A stretch of DNA of 64,000 bases from Takakia lepidozioides (lineage: Eukaryota; Plantae; Bryophyta). Positions 11,185-24,469 of the stretch are shown here, piece by piece. Both the position numbers and the translations under genes were made by a program. Below the pieces are notes generated by a model, which had not been told where the DNA came from, searched no databases, and worked only from the letters and a program-made list of their open reading frames with translations. Position 1 is the stretch's first letter. Every line of letters starts with the position of its first letter. The stretch is taken from contig CM060731.1 of the NCBI GenBank assembly GCA_030704615.1, positions 48,236,001-48,300,000 on the forward strand, read 5' to 3'.

Positions 11185-14100
11185 GCATAAAGGGCATACT
11201 TAGAAGCAATGCCACTGTCCCCCCAAAGATTGCTGGTGGCTGTGGCTCTGGGTAGAATCGACCCTGATTCCCAAATGTGGAGGAAGCTGACAATCCCTGC
11301 CTTCTCCCAGGATGCCCATTTTTTAGAGCATGTAATTAAGGAGTCAGAGTCAGCATTGAGATTTCCAAAAAGAGGCTGCCTCATGGCTTATTCCCTTGTC
11401 TTAGGGGTGGACAAGAAAAGATTGGGCCATCCAGGCAGCCCAGATGGACTGCCATGCCTTTGAACCGAAGGAGAAGGCACGGGAGGATCGGTTACCCTGG
11501 GTTATCCATCTCAATGACTCTGGCCAGGATGCCGCTAGAGGCCTCGAGTCCAGAATATGACATCTGACAACAAGGCTCCACGGAGATGAGAGATGAGTCA
11601 AAACCCTAGGCACCCATTTGGCCAATAAGGCAAGGATTTGAGATTGGGGGTCCAGAACCCCCAAGCCCCCGTTTTTTTTTCTTTTGAGAGATCTGGGCCC
11701 AGCTTACCAAGCTTCTTATGTTTGGCATGCCGGGGTAGCTCCCCATATGAAGTTGCGAGTCATGGTTTTAATCTGTGAGATAATCTTGGAGCCAAAGGAC
11801 CAGACAGCCGAGGAAAACCATGAGGAAGATTGGATTACTTGGTTAGCAACTAGAGCCCGCCCAGCTATAGACAAATGAATGGAGCACCAATGGCCCATTT
11901 TTTTTCCTGATTTTGGCCAGAACCGCCTCGCATCTCTGCAAATTTGTGAGGTCATGACCCACTAGGTGCCCCAAAAGATTATGGGCTTCTCCATTTTGAA
12001 GCCAACGAAGACCCAGATCCTCCCCCCAAGGCGCGATATGCGATGCCCCCGCTTGGATGGAAAGCTTGGAGAGATTAGCTACTGTCTTTAGAGCCAATTT
12101 ATCTGTAACCCTGATGCAAGGCAGAAGGTCTTTAGAACCAGAAGGATGGCTAAGACGTTCGTTTGCGTAGAGTTGTCAATAAATAAGATAGTGTCGTCAA
12201 CGTATAAGGAGTTCTTGACTGAGGCAAGAGAGGGTAAAGATCTTGGGATTTTTAACCCTTGCAAGGAGGTATTGGCAGGAAGCAAGTGACCGAGGGCATC
12301 CGCTGCGATGAGAAAGAGGAAGGGGGATAAAGGGCACTGCCTTATTGACCTGTGTCATTGAAAGGATTTGGATAGAACTCCATTGACTTGAACTTTACTA
12401 GAGGCCGAGAAGAGAAGGATTTTTATCCAAGACACGAAATTCCCTTCGAATCCTAGCTTCTGAATGACCCCTAGGAGAAGAGCCCAATCAACATTGTCGA
12501 AGGCCTTTTCGAAGTCCAACATTAGCACCGCTAGAGGCTGGTCCGAAAGATGGGCCAAATGCTTCTATCGCCAAAAGAACATTGTCTAGGATCATTCTAT
12601 TTGGCATAAACCCAGTCTGCTCTGGACGCACCAACCTGGGCAAAAAGGGCTGAAGCCTCATGGCGAGAGCCTTGGCTATGATCTTAATGGGCTTGTAGTT
12701 GGTAATCAAGTCACGATCCCTTTTTTTGAAAATCAAAGCAATTACCCCTTGAGATAGCTGGGAAGGCATAATGCCCTTGGCCAACAAGTCATTGGCCATA
12801 AGAAGGAAATCTTCCGAGACTGCAGACCAGAGGTGTTTGAAGAATTCAACCGGAAGGCCGTCCAATCCTGGGGATTTGAGAGAAGCCAGATTTTCCAAAG
12901 CCAGCATGAGCTCCATTTCTGAGAAGGGACCATTAAGCTTGGCATTGTCCTGGGGAGTGAGAATAAAGGGAACAAAGTCCAGAACTGCACTTCTGTTGAT
13001 GAGGGAGTTCTCAGAGGCTGGAGGACGAGCAAAGAGATTTGAGAAATACTGTGCTGCCACCCCAGCCATTGCCTTTGGATTAACATGAAGCTCGTTGGAT
13101 TGATCTCGTAATGAGGAAATAGATGTAGAAGCCTGACGCTGCCTGGATTTATGGAAAAAACAGGCCGACATTTTTTCACCTTTTAGAAACCAGTTTATAC
13201 CAGCTTTCCTACGGATATTGTCTTCTTTGATTGCACGCAGCTCTGCCATGTTTGGTTTCGCCGTAGTGAGAGATTGATGGGTCAAGGGCCCCACCAAACT
13301 AGACTCTATCAGCCATTGACAATGAGAGATGGTTTTGATTAGGGCCTTTTCCTTACAATCCCTATCCATGGTTGCTTTCCTGGCCAAAGATTGAGCTGCA
13401 TTCCTTGTGCCAGCCAGCTTATGAAGAAATCTAACGGATGGAGAAGTGAATTGGTTACCCGCATCTTTCCATATTGCAGCAAGCTGCTGAATCACTTTTG
13501 GGGATCGAAGGAGACTCAGATTAAATTTAAAGAAACCTCTTCCCCTTTGATGGATCCCTGGGGGAGTAAGCTTGAGAGATAAGAGAGCATGGTCAAAATC
13601 TGGCAATATGGGGGGGAGAGGATCCTGTTTAATCCAAGAGGCAGCCAGCGGAGAGCAGTAAGACCTATCCAATCTAGCCATAGACAAGTCCGGGGGGGCT
13701 CTATTGTTACTCCAAGTGAATCTAAAGAGAGGATCTAGTTGGGATGAAGCGATCTGAGAGACCTACTGAAAAGGTAAGCTTGTCCCAGGGTGATTGATCT
13801 TCCGGAGAAAACGATTGCACAGAGGATTAACCCAGCCTGTCCACCATGCATTCCACCATGTTGAAATCACCAACTAAAATCCAGTTGGTCACCTGGAAGT
13901 TGCTTAATATCCTAGCATGGATGTCTAACCATAACAGGGAGCGGTCAGAGGCAGAATTAGGAGCGTAAATATTTATAAAGGCTGTAGAAGGAAATATAGA
14001 ATCTTGAGAGGTGAAGGCACAGTGTACTCTGCCCAAAATCCAAGACTCCACCTTGATAAATTCTGACAATAAGGAAGGGGCAATCAATATGGCCATGCCT

Positions 14101-14324
14101 CCTCTGGAGTCTATCACGGTGGGATTCCACCAAGACAAGGCTGCCGGCCAAATTGAAGGCCCAAGCGATGCAATCTTCTTTGCATCCAACTTATGCTCCT
14201 GAAGGAGAATGATAGAATTAGAAAAGAGATAATTCAAGGCCCATTGCCTAATCCTAGATCTCTTGGGGACGGACGCCTCTAATCCGATACCCCTAATATT
14301 CCAAGAATGCAGGTCCCAGCTCAT
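11185..14324 (-). pseudogene. L1 ORF2, 5' part: APE endonuclease and reverse transcriptase (frameshifts and stops)
   Basis: SWNIRG, LQEH, NIYAPN, GDFN, RLDR, DHA (APE); KSPGLDG, QTGF, LDFEKAFD, LYVDD (RT). Confidence 0.92.
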
Positions 14325-16675
14325 GTAGGAAGCACTTTGAAGCCCGTGAGCCTGTCACGATTTGATGGATGAAGATGGGTGACCTCAAACTGTAAACCTG
14401 GATTTGGGGAGAGCTTCGAAAGTATCCAAGCAAAGCCCGGGGGGGCTGGGACTTCCGGAGAACCCATAAACCAGATCGTGACTTTCACTGTCTCTGCTCC
14501 TGGATCGGACAAGGGGTTGGCTACAACTTTAATTGAAGAGCTTTTAAAGAGCGATTGCAAAGATACGTTGAGGAAACGCGAGATGAATCCCAAAGCCCTA
14601 GATGCTGTACAGAAGCGAGGGAATTTAAGAGCTGGAAGAAGCACCTCTGGAGCAAACTTTGCAGAAAGAACCCAACCATTGGAAGAAGAGCAGCCTTCTA
14701 GGAAAATAAACAAAGGTAAGAAAGCCAGAGCTCACCGCTGGGGGGGACGGGATAGCAAGATCCAAGGGAGCCAAGCAGAAGGAAGTATTGTCTGCATCTG
14801 GAATAGGGACTATAGCCAAGTCATCCGATGGGGCCGATTTTTCGCTATTGCGAGCGTATTTCTGCGATGAGCGGAAAGCCTCTACCAGGGCTCTGCCCGC
14901 TTCATAGGTTGCCTCCAGAAAGGGCCTGCCTGATCACTTCCGAGCTCCAGAGAAACTGAGCTTCCATATATCCACTTTTGTGCCACCTCTCCTGGCTGCA
15001 AGTTGGACACATCAGAGAACCTTAGAAGAGGAAGAACTTGCACGAAAAACAGTTTCATATTGGAATCTGATTGGTGAATCCTTGAGCCAAAATAAACAGC
15101 AGACTCAGATGAAAGTTCAAATAGTGGAAGAGAGGAAGCAAAGATCTCGCTAAGAATTAGCTCAAGCTCCGTCCCCGGGTTCACTGAGAGAGCATCCTTC
15201 TTCGTGATCCATGCCGAGGCAATTTTGTTTATTCCTGAGAGCAGAATGGACGGGGATCCTTCAGGGAACCCAAAAATGATTGGGGAGATTTTAATGGCCA
15301 CCGACTGTCCTCCCACAAGGTGTGAAGCATCCTGTAATTCCACGCCCGCGAAAGACCTGAGCTGGAGGCAGAAGGCAGCCAGACTCTGACTTCCACCCGG
15401 CGAGGTGATGGGGAACAAAGCTGGAATGTCATCCAAGAGGATTTGCGCACCCTGTAAGGGAGAAGACAGCAGATAGACCCTTGGGCTTATCGAAGCCGGG
15501 GAGAGATCCAGACGGGTTCTCTTTGCCGTTGGAGGCGCTACCTCTGATCTCTTGAGGGAAAGACCCACAACGGGGCCCTGGGAAGTGCCCACCCCCACAT
15601 TATCCAGAGAGGAGACCACATTCGCTTTTGATCTCAGAAGGACCGGGCATTCTGCCTTGACATGGCCTTCTGCATTACAGTGGAAACATAAGACATTAAT
15701 AATCACCTCTTGAACAGATACAGAGACAAATGAATTGTCTAGAGTGGGAAGCTTTAAAGAAGAGACTATAGCTGCCAATTCCGGCATTAACACCACCAAA
15801 TGAGGCACACCCCCATCTCTGTGGGCCTCGTAAGATGCCAGGTCGTTGTCGATGCTTTGGGCATCTATCTCAACTTGCTCAAAGACATTCATTACTCCTA
15901 TGAAAGCGCCAAAGTGCGCCCCAATCTCCGGGAGAGAGTGAAGATAATTCCCTGGAAGAAAGGGCAAAGCCAACACTCTGGGCTTGCATGTTACCCCTCC
16001 TTTATGGCCCCATTCAAGCGACCAAGGGAATATATAAACCCTGCACTTGGAGAGGGAGACGTTAAATCTCAAGGCTTTCTCCACCTGATCGTGAGAGCTG
16101 AACATTAGAGAGAAGAACCCTATACCCAGGGCCACACAAAAATGCGAGGTAAGGCCTCCTCCCGCTCCCAGGTTTTCATATGCCCATTTCCTTACAAAGG
16201 CTCTGTCTCGAACTCTTCCAGGGAAGTAGAGAAGAATCCCTTGCTCAGACATCATCTGCGATTGCTCTTTTATGATGCCCATGTTCAACTGCAGAATGGG
16301 TTGAGATTCATCGACGGGGGCCGCCACCTCACTCCATTGGGTTGGCGGTCTAGGCGGGGAAAAATGAGGCCTTGGGCCCATTCCGAGCAGGCCTGGCCCG
16401 GGCACAGGTCTTCTCCCCGGGTGTCTGCCCCTTTCCTGTCTCCTGTTATCCCTCCTAGGGCCAAACCCATGGGCAGTAGCCTGAACGTAGGCCATAGATA
16501 CTTGGGTTCGGTGAGAAGGGCACCACAGAAGAAGGAGCAGCAGCACTATGGAAAACCTTCCAAGCTGCGAAAACGCCGAAACAGACAGGAGAGCAAAGAG
16601 GAGAGAAAAGAGAGAGAAGCAATGCAAGCCGAGAGCCCATCTAGAGACAGTGGCACGAAACTCTGCCGTAGGCAT
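14321..16675 (-). pseudogene. L1 ORF1 (DUF4283-like region + CCHC zinc knuckle + long C-terminal extension)
   Basis: ORF 14882-16675 contains ALGIGFFSLMF..., LPFLPGNYLHSLPEIGAHFG and CFHCNAEGHVKAEC; broken frames continue to a TGA at 14321 overlapping the ORF2 ATG. Confidence 0.8.
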
Positions 16676-17095
16676 TAATCTTAGTTGTAGAGAAGAATGA
16701 ATAGCGATGCAAATGCATCAAATGTCGAGCGCTTGAGATGAGACACCATGAACGAATGGCTAGCGAGAGAAGGAACAACATGTTGTGCACGAAATCATCC
16801 GGAAGCAGGCCTAGCCATGGCGTCTCCTTTCTATTTTAAGAGGTCGATGAAGAAAGCCCGATGAGACTGCCCAGAAGGCGGAGGGCGATGGAGAAGTGTA
16901 GGAAAAACCTAAGAGGGGATGAAGGAAAGGACCGCAGTTTGAGAGAAGACAGAAGAAGGCCTAGCCTTGAAACGGCTAAGTCCTTGTTCCTCTCACCGCA
17001 AAACGCGGAGCCCAACATCCTACATCTATTACATTTTTCATTTCAACACTGGCATTTTATTGTACCTTGAATCATATACGAAAAATTTGGGCAGC

Positions 17096-17255
17096 GCCCC
17101 GGATTATTCATAATCTAGGATTAGCTTCTCGAGAGCCCTACCATGCTCTATGAGCTCCTCCATGCTCCATGCAAGGCCCCATCCTGCATGCTCCATGGCA
17201 TGTTTGGCATCCATGGATGAATTTGGGGGATGACTTTAAAATGGATGAGGTTAGG
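17096..17255 (+). repeat. MULE left TIR (lacks ~140 bp present in right TIR)
   Basis: Reverse complement of 24470-24589 and 24730-24772. Confidence 0.9.
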
Positions 17256-17896
17256 TGTGAGGGATGAGGTTAGGGTGACGGCTGTTCAAGCTTGTCTTGG
17301 CTCCCAAAGCAAGCAACGGGTTCTATGGATTAGTGAGTGGATTAGTGGACGCAATTATGTGTAGATTAGATTAGTGAAGTGAGCTTGTGGATCACTAAAC
17401 ACTTGATGTGAATTGTTGGGTGCAAGGCCCTTAAGAGATTCAATGAAGGAGCTGAAGCAGTTAAAGAAGCTTATAGTGTGATACGATGATGGACAAGACA
17501 ATGTAGACTAAGCGGAAATATCTCAGCAAAGAAAACTTATGTTTATGCAAATGGTATGTGTGTTTTACATGTGCTCTTCTGTTGTTTGCATGATTCTTCG
17601 TTCAAATATGGGGTATGCAAATGGATAGAGCAATCATGTGCTCTGAAACACATTTCTTAGGACATGGAAACTAAAATCGCGGTTTTTGAACATGCTTCTG
17701 TTTTGGTTGAAGTTAAGAAAAATGGTTTATATAGTAGGCCATGTAATAGAGGTTCAAACTAATTACAAATTCATGAATGCATATTAGGGTTTGAATAAGG
17801 ATAATAGTCTCAAGTCTCAACTGTGTTATTTTGAATTTTTTCTGATTACACAGAAAGGTGGAGATGCCTGATATGTGCAAAATGTGAGGAACATCA

Positions 17897-20815
17897 ATGA
17901 TGAAGGAACTGGACATTCAAAACCCTATCAAAAGTCCATTTGATGCAAATGATCTGGTATGGCTGCCACACATCATAAAAGTAAGAGGATCAGAATGCAT
18001 ATGTGAAGTGGCATGGATTCCTTGGACAAGAGTTCCAGATTTTTTGGAAGGAGAAAACAACAATAAATCTGCACCAACCAAGTTCAAGATTGTCAAGAGT
18101 GTGCCAGGTTCATCTAAGTTAGATCAGACTTGTCTTGACAGCCATATTGGTCAAAAGTGGTAAGCTTCACTCTACTTTTGTATTGGGATTGTGAGAATTA
18201 TAGGTGTTTTGAATAATTCTGGAAATTATGGCTATCTGCCCACATAAAATTAAACCTATATTTTGGTTTCCCTGTGATATGTTTGCAGGTATCATTGTGT
18301 TTGGGGTCCACGAGATGACCGACAGAATATTGAAGAAAGAAATGTCTCCACAACTCCAAAGCCAAAGAAAGGACCAGGTAGTAGACGTGATCGAAAAGCT
18401 CACTCCGAAACAAAACTTAGAGGTTGTTTATGCAAATTCGCAATCAAGAGGTTGTTCATGTATCAAGATGTGGATGAATTGGTTTATTATGAGGGATCTC
18501 ATGTTGACCGCAATTGCGAGGTTTGTTATGGTACACAAGACCCTCAATCTTTGTTACGGAAATCACAATTTGCTCCTTGGATATCCTAAGATTTGAGAGA
18601 TTGGATACTTAAACGTCTTGATTGTGGATCCTCGCCAATGGAAGTTGAGATGTGCGTACGAGAACATCCGGAATATCTCTTCTTCTACCAACAACATGAA
18701 TTGGTGGATGACACCATTCCTTTCACTCTAGGCATTCAAACCCCTTATCAAACAATGAAAATGCTTGACAGAGGTCATGGAGGTGCCGTTGCTTGTGATG
18801 CAACTTTTGGAACAAATGATCGAAAATTTCAATTGTTCACACTTATTGTGTTTGATAAGCACTACAATGGTATTCCAGTTGCTTGGGCTATTACAAGCCG
18901 AGGAAAGGCATGTGATTTGCAACAATGGATGAATGCACTCCAAAGTCATTTGAAGCAAAAATATCCGGAATGGTTGTCTTCATCTTTTATAGTGGATGAT
19001 GCTGATGCTGAGATCAATGCAATTAGGTACATATGTCATTCTTTCCTACCTTAAATTGTTTGTAGGGATTTTTTTTTATCAATAATTGGAATCAGGTAGA
19101 AATCTCAAACCAGGTTTCCACTGGTATGAACTACTGTCGAGGTATCTGCAAATTCAAATATGTGATTGATATTACCGAGGCACCTTCATGAAAGTTATTA
19201 ATGGTTGATAGTGGATTGCATTGCAAAGCTATTTGGGGACATAACATGCCAATTTTGTTATGTCTTTGGCATGTGTGTGAGGCATGGCAAAAAAATATGG
19301 CTAGTAAGCTTGGGAATACTGATATCCGAAGTCGCATACTGGAAGTCCTTGGCAATATTATGTACATGTCATGTAATATTGATGAATCTATTCAAGATCT
19401 TGAGGTTCGTGCCATCAACTTGGTTGACAAATTGTTTACAGAGTATCCTGGACAACAAAAACTTGAGGAGTACTTTCGTCGATATTGGCTACCAAAAATA
19501 GGTATGATATTTTTAAGGCCTGCTAAATGTGTTTACCTTTATAGTATTTTTTTGCATATATGTAACGTTTAACTAACAATTAGGTTTTGTATGTAGAATT
19601 ATTTTGTGCACTTCTGTATGATGTTAATGGATAAAAGACTTGTAATGATATGATTTCCATACCATTTGGGTTTTAAAATTGTTATTTTGTATATTTACAA
19701 GAATGTGGGTGACTGGTACAAGAAGAATTCCACATGCTGGTCAAGAAACCAATGTTGTCATTGAAGCATATCATGGGAATTTAAAATCAAGGTTATCAGA
19801 GTCCAAGAAAACACTCCGAGGTCGCAGGGTTGACTGGCTTATCCATGAGCTTGTTGGTGATGTCATTTTACATTACTCTTATATGAAGAACATGAAAACG
19901 TATGGTTTCTTGAACAATTCCAAGGCCGAGAAATTATTGGAGTCGGTAATAGTTCGAGCAAGAACTATTCCAGATTCAGATGTTATTTTTCCAAATGACA
20001 TCAATGATTCATGGCAGGTTCGCAGCTCTCACTCTCCTACAAAGTGGTACACGATCTATAACGCCACCGGAAAATGGGCAAGTTGTGATTGCGAATGGGC
20101 ACAACGAGAAATCTCTGCAAACATCAAATCAAAGTCATCCAATTACTGAAAAATATATCCGAGCCTCGAATTGTTCTAGCTTGTGGTACAAAGTACGGCT
20201 GTGCACGTGGTGGCATTCAATCTCTTTTTGATACGGGTATTGATTTGAACGATGTACCGGCTCAACCTGAAGACTCGGAAAAGGATGAATGTACGTTATA
20301 TGACTCTCTACATTTTTTATTCAAAACATACAACAGTGTCTATTTCAATACATGTTTTGTATTCAATATAATGCTTTGTTCAATATATGATTTGTTTAAT
20401 ATGAGATCACAGGGAAATGAAACTTGTGGTTTCCTATATATGAGACATATTTGTTATAATGTCAGTTGTATGCAGACAATATGAGGAGCAAGTGAGCTCA
20501 TTACCTTCATCAGAAAAACCAAGAAGTGATGAAGACATCACCAAGAGAGAGTTGGCATGTGTCCAAGAAACAATGACAGCTATCATGCATGATATTACTG
20601 AAGGGGATTCTAGTCTTCGTATGCATGCATTGTCATTGCTGAAGTCAGTGCATGAGAAGCTAAGATCACTACGAGCAAATGCGACGGAGGACATGATGCA
20701 TCTTGCCCAAACATTTCAAATAGTTGATGATGGGTGCGGTAATTCTATCGTTCGTATGTAAGATTTTCTAAAGCGGAGCACAAAATCGAAACGCAAGAAA
20801 ATTCAGAAACTTTAA
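17897..20815 (+). pseudogene. MULE transposase (DDE + SWIM zinc finger), multi-exon, with stop, frameshift and likely internal deletion
   Basis: RGCLCKFAIKRL..HVD, VACDATFGTN, IPVAW, FIVDDADAE, LCLWH, TNVVIEAYH, SCDCEW..NLCKH; GT-AG introns near 18160-18288, 19027-~19228, 19502-19701. Confidence 0.88.
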
Positions 20816-20961
20816 ATGTCGAAACTCTAATTGTTTTGGCATATTGATGACATTCATGTAAGCTTCATGACATTGGAGGTAGTTATAATGCTTGGATGAA
20901 ATAGCAATAAAGGATTCACTTCGCATGCAGTAATTCAGATTCCTTGTGAATATGGTGTGGA

Positions 20962-22110
20962 TGAAACCGTGATGAAGGTTTCCTTGGACTGATCGAAATT
21001 GCGGTCGAGGTTTCCAGAAAGCATCTAATACTTGAATGGTTGATAATATACTTGGTAAAATAAATACATGGTGTGGCATCAATTCTCTTGGGCATGAACA
21101 TATACCTGTGTATGTTTTGTATCATGGAAACCGTGATGAAGGTTTTTTTGGCACCAATTGCTAGTGGAAACTGCGGTGCAGGTTTCTATTATGCAAATGA
21201 TATATATGATAATGTGCATCACTTACTTTTTTGCATGTAGTGGAAACCGTGGTCGAGGTTGCCTTGGGCATATGTCTCCCATATTGAAATTTCATGTGGG
21301 TGGGAACTGTGGTCGAGGTTTCCGTTGGGCATACATCCCATATTTCAATATCTTGGTGGGAAACCGTGGTCGAGGTTTCCTTTATATCAATTGTTAAGAG
21401 AAACCGCGGTCAAGGTTTCCCTGCTAGGAAGTGCTATGTGCAAATTGCGGTGAAGGATTGATTTAAGTAAATGACATATATGATATGATGCACCACTTAA
21501 TTCATGTAGTGAAAATCGCGGTCAAGGTTGTTGGTGGAAAATACGGTCGAGGTTTCCCTTCAGTAACATGTGCATTTTATGCTCATGAATGAACACATTT
21601 TAAATGGATTACTGGAAATGTGATTGATGTTCATTCATATAGTGGAAACCACAGTCGACGTTTCTTTGAAATTGCGATCAAGGTTTCCTTGAGATGCATC
21701 AATTTCATAATGAATGAGAACCGTGGTTGAACTAATATGTTTGGAGGAAATATCGGTCGAGGTTTCTCTGACATAAGTGATATACTTACATGTTTGGAGG
21801 AAACCGTGGTCGAGGTTGCGCTGACATATCACTTAATATCTTAATATGTCCAGAGAAAAGGGTCGAGGTTTCTCTAGCATACCATATAAATACAAATATC
21901 GGTGCAGGTTTTCGAGAACTTGTGATAATAGAAGAAACCGCGGTCGAGGTTTCTTTCACACAATATGGCTGGTGGAAATCGCGGTTGAGGTTTCCCCGGC
22001 ATATCACTTGAATGATATAGCTATGTTTGGAGGAAAGCTTGGTCGAGGTTTCCCTGATATATCACTTATACTTTAATATGTTTGGAGCAAACCGTGATCG
22101 ACAATTCCCC
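20962..22110 (+). repeat. Array of ~20+ degenerate 22-bp hairpin motifs GGAAACCGCGGTCGAGGTTTCC
   Basis: Motif with 7-bp inverted arms (GGAAACC/GGTTTCC) recurs with variable AT-rich spacing. Confidence 0.85.
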
Positions 22111-22312
22111 TGAGCACATCACTTAAATTGTATAGTCGTTGTCGCAATTTCACCAGCACACCACCCAATACACATTGACATATCATATCAAGACATTTAT
22201 GCATCTTCCGAGTATGCACATTCAAAACATGTTCAAAAGTATAGCAGTGTAAATCAAAGTCCATGAACTTTGTTGCTAACTTGATTCAAAACATAAATAC
22301 CAAGTTGTTCCA

Positions 22313-23451
22313 TCAACGCGCTTTGCGATCATGTCCCATCCTACAACGAACGATGCGATCAGCCACAGAATCCCCCAAGATTGCAGCTTTGAACTGAGTT
22401 GAGTTTGTGATGCCCAATCGCCGAAGCTCTTCCTGCGAAGGGATGACACCTGTCCGAGGAAGTTTGCGGGAAGTGGATAGACCCTCAACAGGGGTATGAG
22501 CCAAAGATGACATTGCGTGCCTCCGAGTCTCATTGTAAAATGTCTCCAAGACCTCATTGTCGTCATCGTCTGACTCAGCCTCAACAGGAGGATGGGTGTG
22601 TCTATGGTGTGATAACCGAGTCTCATTGTAAAATGTCTCTAAGACCTCATTGTCGTCATCGCATGACTCAGCGTCAACAGGAGGAGGAGGAGTGTCTCCA
22701 TAATGTGATAACTGCTCCATTTGCTCTCCAACAATATCGTTACTCTCATGGAAATCCTCTACATCTTCGTCGTCATCAGTATCATTCACATCCTCATCGT
22801 CATCATCATCCTCTGCATCCTCATCACTGCCATCATCCTCCCCATCATCATTGTTCTCATCATCTTCATTATCATCGCTCTCTGCCACTCCTTTGATCAA
22901 CCTATACTCGCGGGCTTTCACCTTACATTGTTCAATGCGTTCACCATCTTTCGCAAACCAATTGGACGTGACATTGTCAACGAATTCGTTGATGAACTCA
23001 TCTTGCTGTCTACACCATTGTGAAAGCCAAAAAAATTATAAGTCTAAATGAACAAAGTACAACAAGTATAGCAAAAGAAGAACAAAGTACTTAAGAGAGA
23101 ATCATGATAAGTACCTCCCCAAGCTCCGCAGATTGTTGGGATCATTCTTCCATATTGTTTTCGCTTTCTTCGTGTACCTGGCAATTGCTTTGGAACGCAA
23201 CAAATTATACCGTACATGTCATGAACGCATCATTTGGAGGCTACGGGCCTCAGACATCGCTCCATCATAAGCAACTGCAACAGTTCGTGGATGACCAGAC
23301 TCTCCGTGTGTGGCAATGGAGGTTGTCCGCATCGACCCATGTGGTTGTTCAAGCTACTTTTGGCTCCATAGTCTTTTGTGCACTTTAGACACTTCCACCT
23401 TCTAGTCTCATGATCAAAAGAGTAATGCTCTCCCTCCCTAGCATACTCCAT
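22313..23451 (-). pseudogene. MULE accessory gene: C2H2/C2HC-like finger, acidic tract, ~31-aa internal duplication
   Basis: MEYAREG..WKCLKCTKDYGAKSSLNNHMGRC; after a frameshift and a stop, splices (~23115 to ~23008) into ORF 22313-22921 with a D/E-rich run and duplicated VxAESxDDDNEVLETFYNETR. Confidence 0.55.
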
Positions 23452-23490
23452 GTAGAATCCTATCGCAAACAACCAAATGTATACAAGTTG

Positions 23491-23925
23491 GAAACTCAAC
23501 CGATATTTCCTCCAAACATATTAAGCTTTATTCAAGTGATATGCACCAGGGAAACCTCGATCGGGTTTTCCTATTAAGGCCATTATGTCAGGGAAACCTC
23601 GACCGAGATTTCCCCCAAACATATCTTAAATGATTCACTGATATGCTAGAGAAACCTCGACCGATATTTTCTCCTAACATATAAGCTGTATCATTCAAGC
23701 GATATAGGGAATCCTCGACCGGGCTTTCCTCCAGACATATTAAGTTATACCATGATGTCAGGGAAACCTTGACCACGGTTTCTTCTAAACATATCATCAT
23801 TTAAGTGCCAGGGAAACCGCGACGGATCTTTCATCCAGACATATTATATCATTCAAGTGGTATGCCAGAGAAACCTCGACTGCGCTTTCCTCCAAACATA
23901 TTAAGGTATTAAGTGATATATCAGT
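23491..23925 (-). repeat. Second array (~8 copies) of the same hairpin motif, inverted
   Basis: gaaacctcgacc...tttcctccaaacata units are reverse complements of the 21730-22110 units, including spacer sequence. Confidence 0.85.
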
Positions 23926-24469
23926 GAGATTATGGATCTAGACTAAGTCCAAACAAAAGCATGAAATATAGAATCCATGGTAAAAACCCCATGTGTGTAT
24001 TTACACCAAAAATTGGAAGCCATGGAAAGCACAAGTGTGCTTTTCTTATTGATTGAGCAAGTGGTCATGTTCACTTTCTAAGCCATGCCAGAAAACACAA
24101 TTGTGCCTTCTCTGTTCATTGAGCAAATGACCATGTTCATTTTTCAAGCCAAGGCAGAAAGCACAAGTGTGCTTTCCCTAGTTATGTGTGAAAGAAGAGA
24201 AAACAAAAACTTGAAAATGCTTCAAAGAATGAGCTCTTACCTGCTTGATTGTTTGAATATTTGAATGCTTCAATGCCTCAATGCCTGCGATTTGCATTCA
24301 CCATTCATGCTCAATAATCCATTCACACTCACATGTAATACATTCACAATGCAAACATAATCAAAGGAACTCACCTAGTTTGCAAAGAACTCACTAAGCC
24401 AAAGAACTCACTAAGCCAGCCGCCGCCCCAAACAAACAAAACCCTAAACCAGCCGCCGCTCTAAAAGAC

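Larger units (their letters stand above)
3987..17063 (-). mobile_element. L1-clade LINE, near full length, degenerate, interrupted by the 5286-11184 element
   Basis: ORF1 then APE-RT-zinc-finger ORF2 on minus strand; A-rich tail read as T-tract 3987-4014; candidate 7-bp TSD accttga at 3980-3986 and 17064-17070 (5' boundary tentative). Confidence 0.9.

Noticed and set aside
20962-22110. CRISPR-like look of palindromic repeats with spacers
   Set aside because: Repeats are degenerate, spacers vary widely and resemble each other, no cas genes, eukaryotic transposon context
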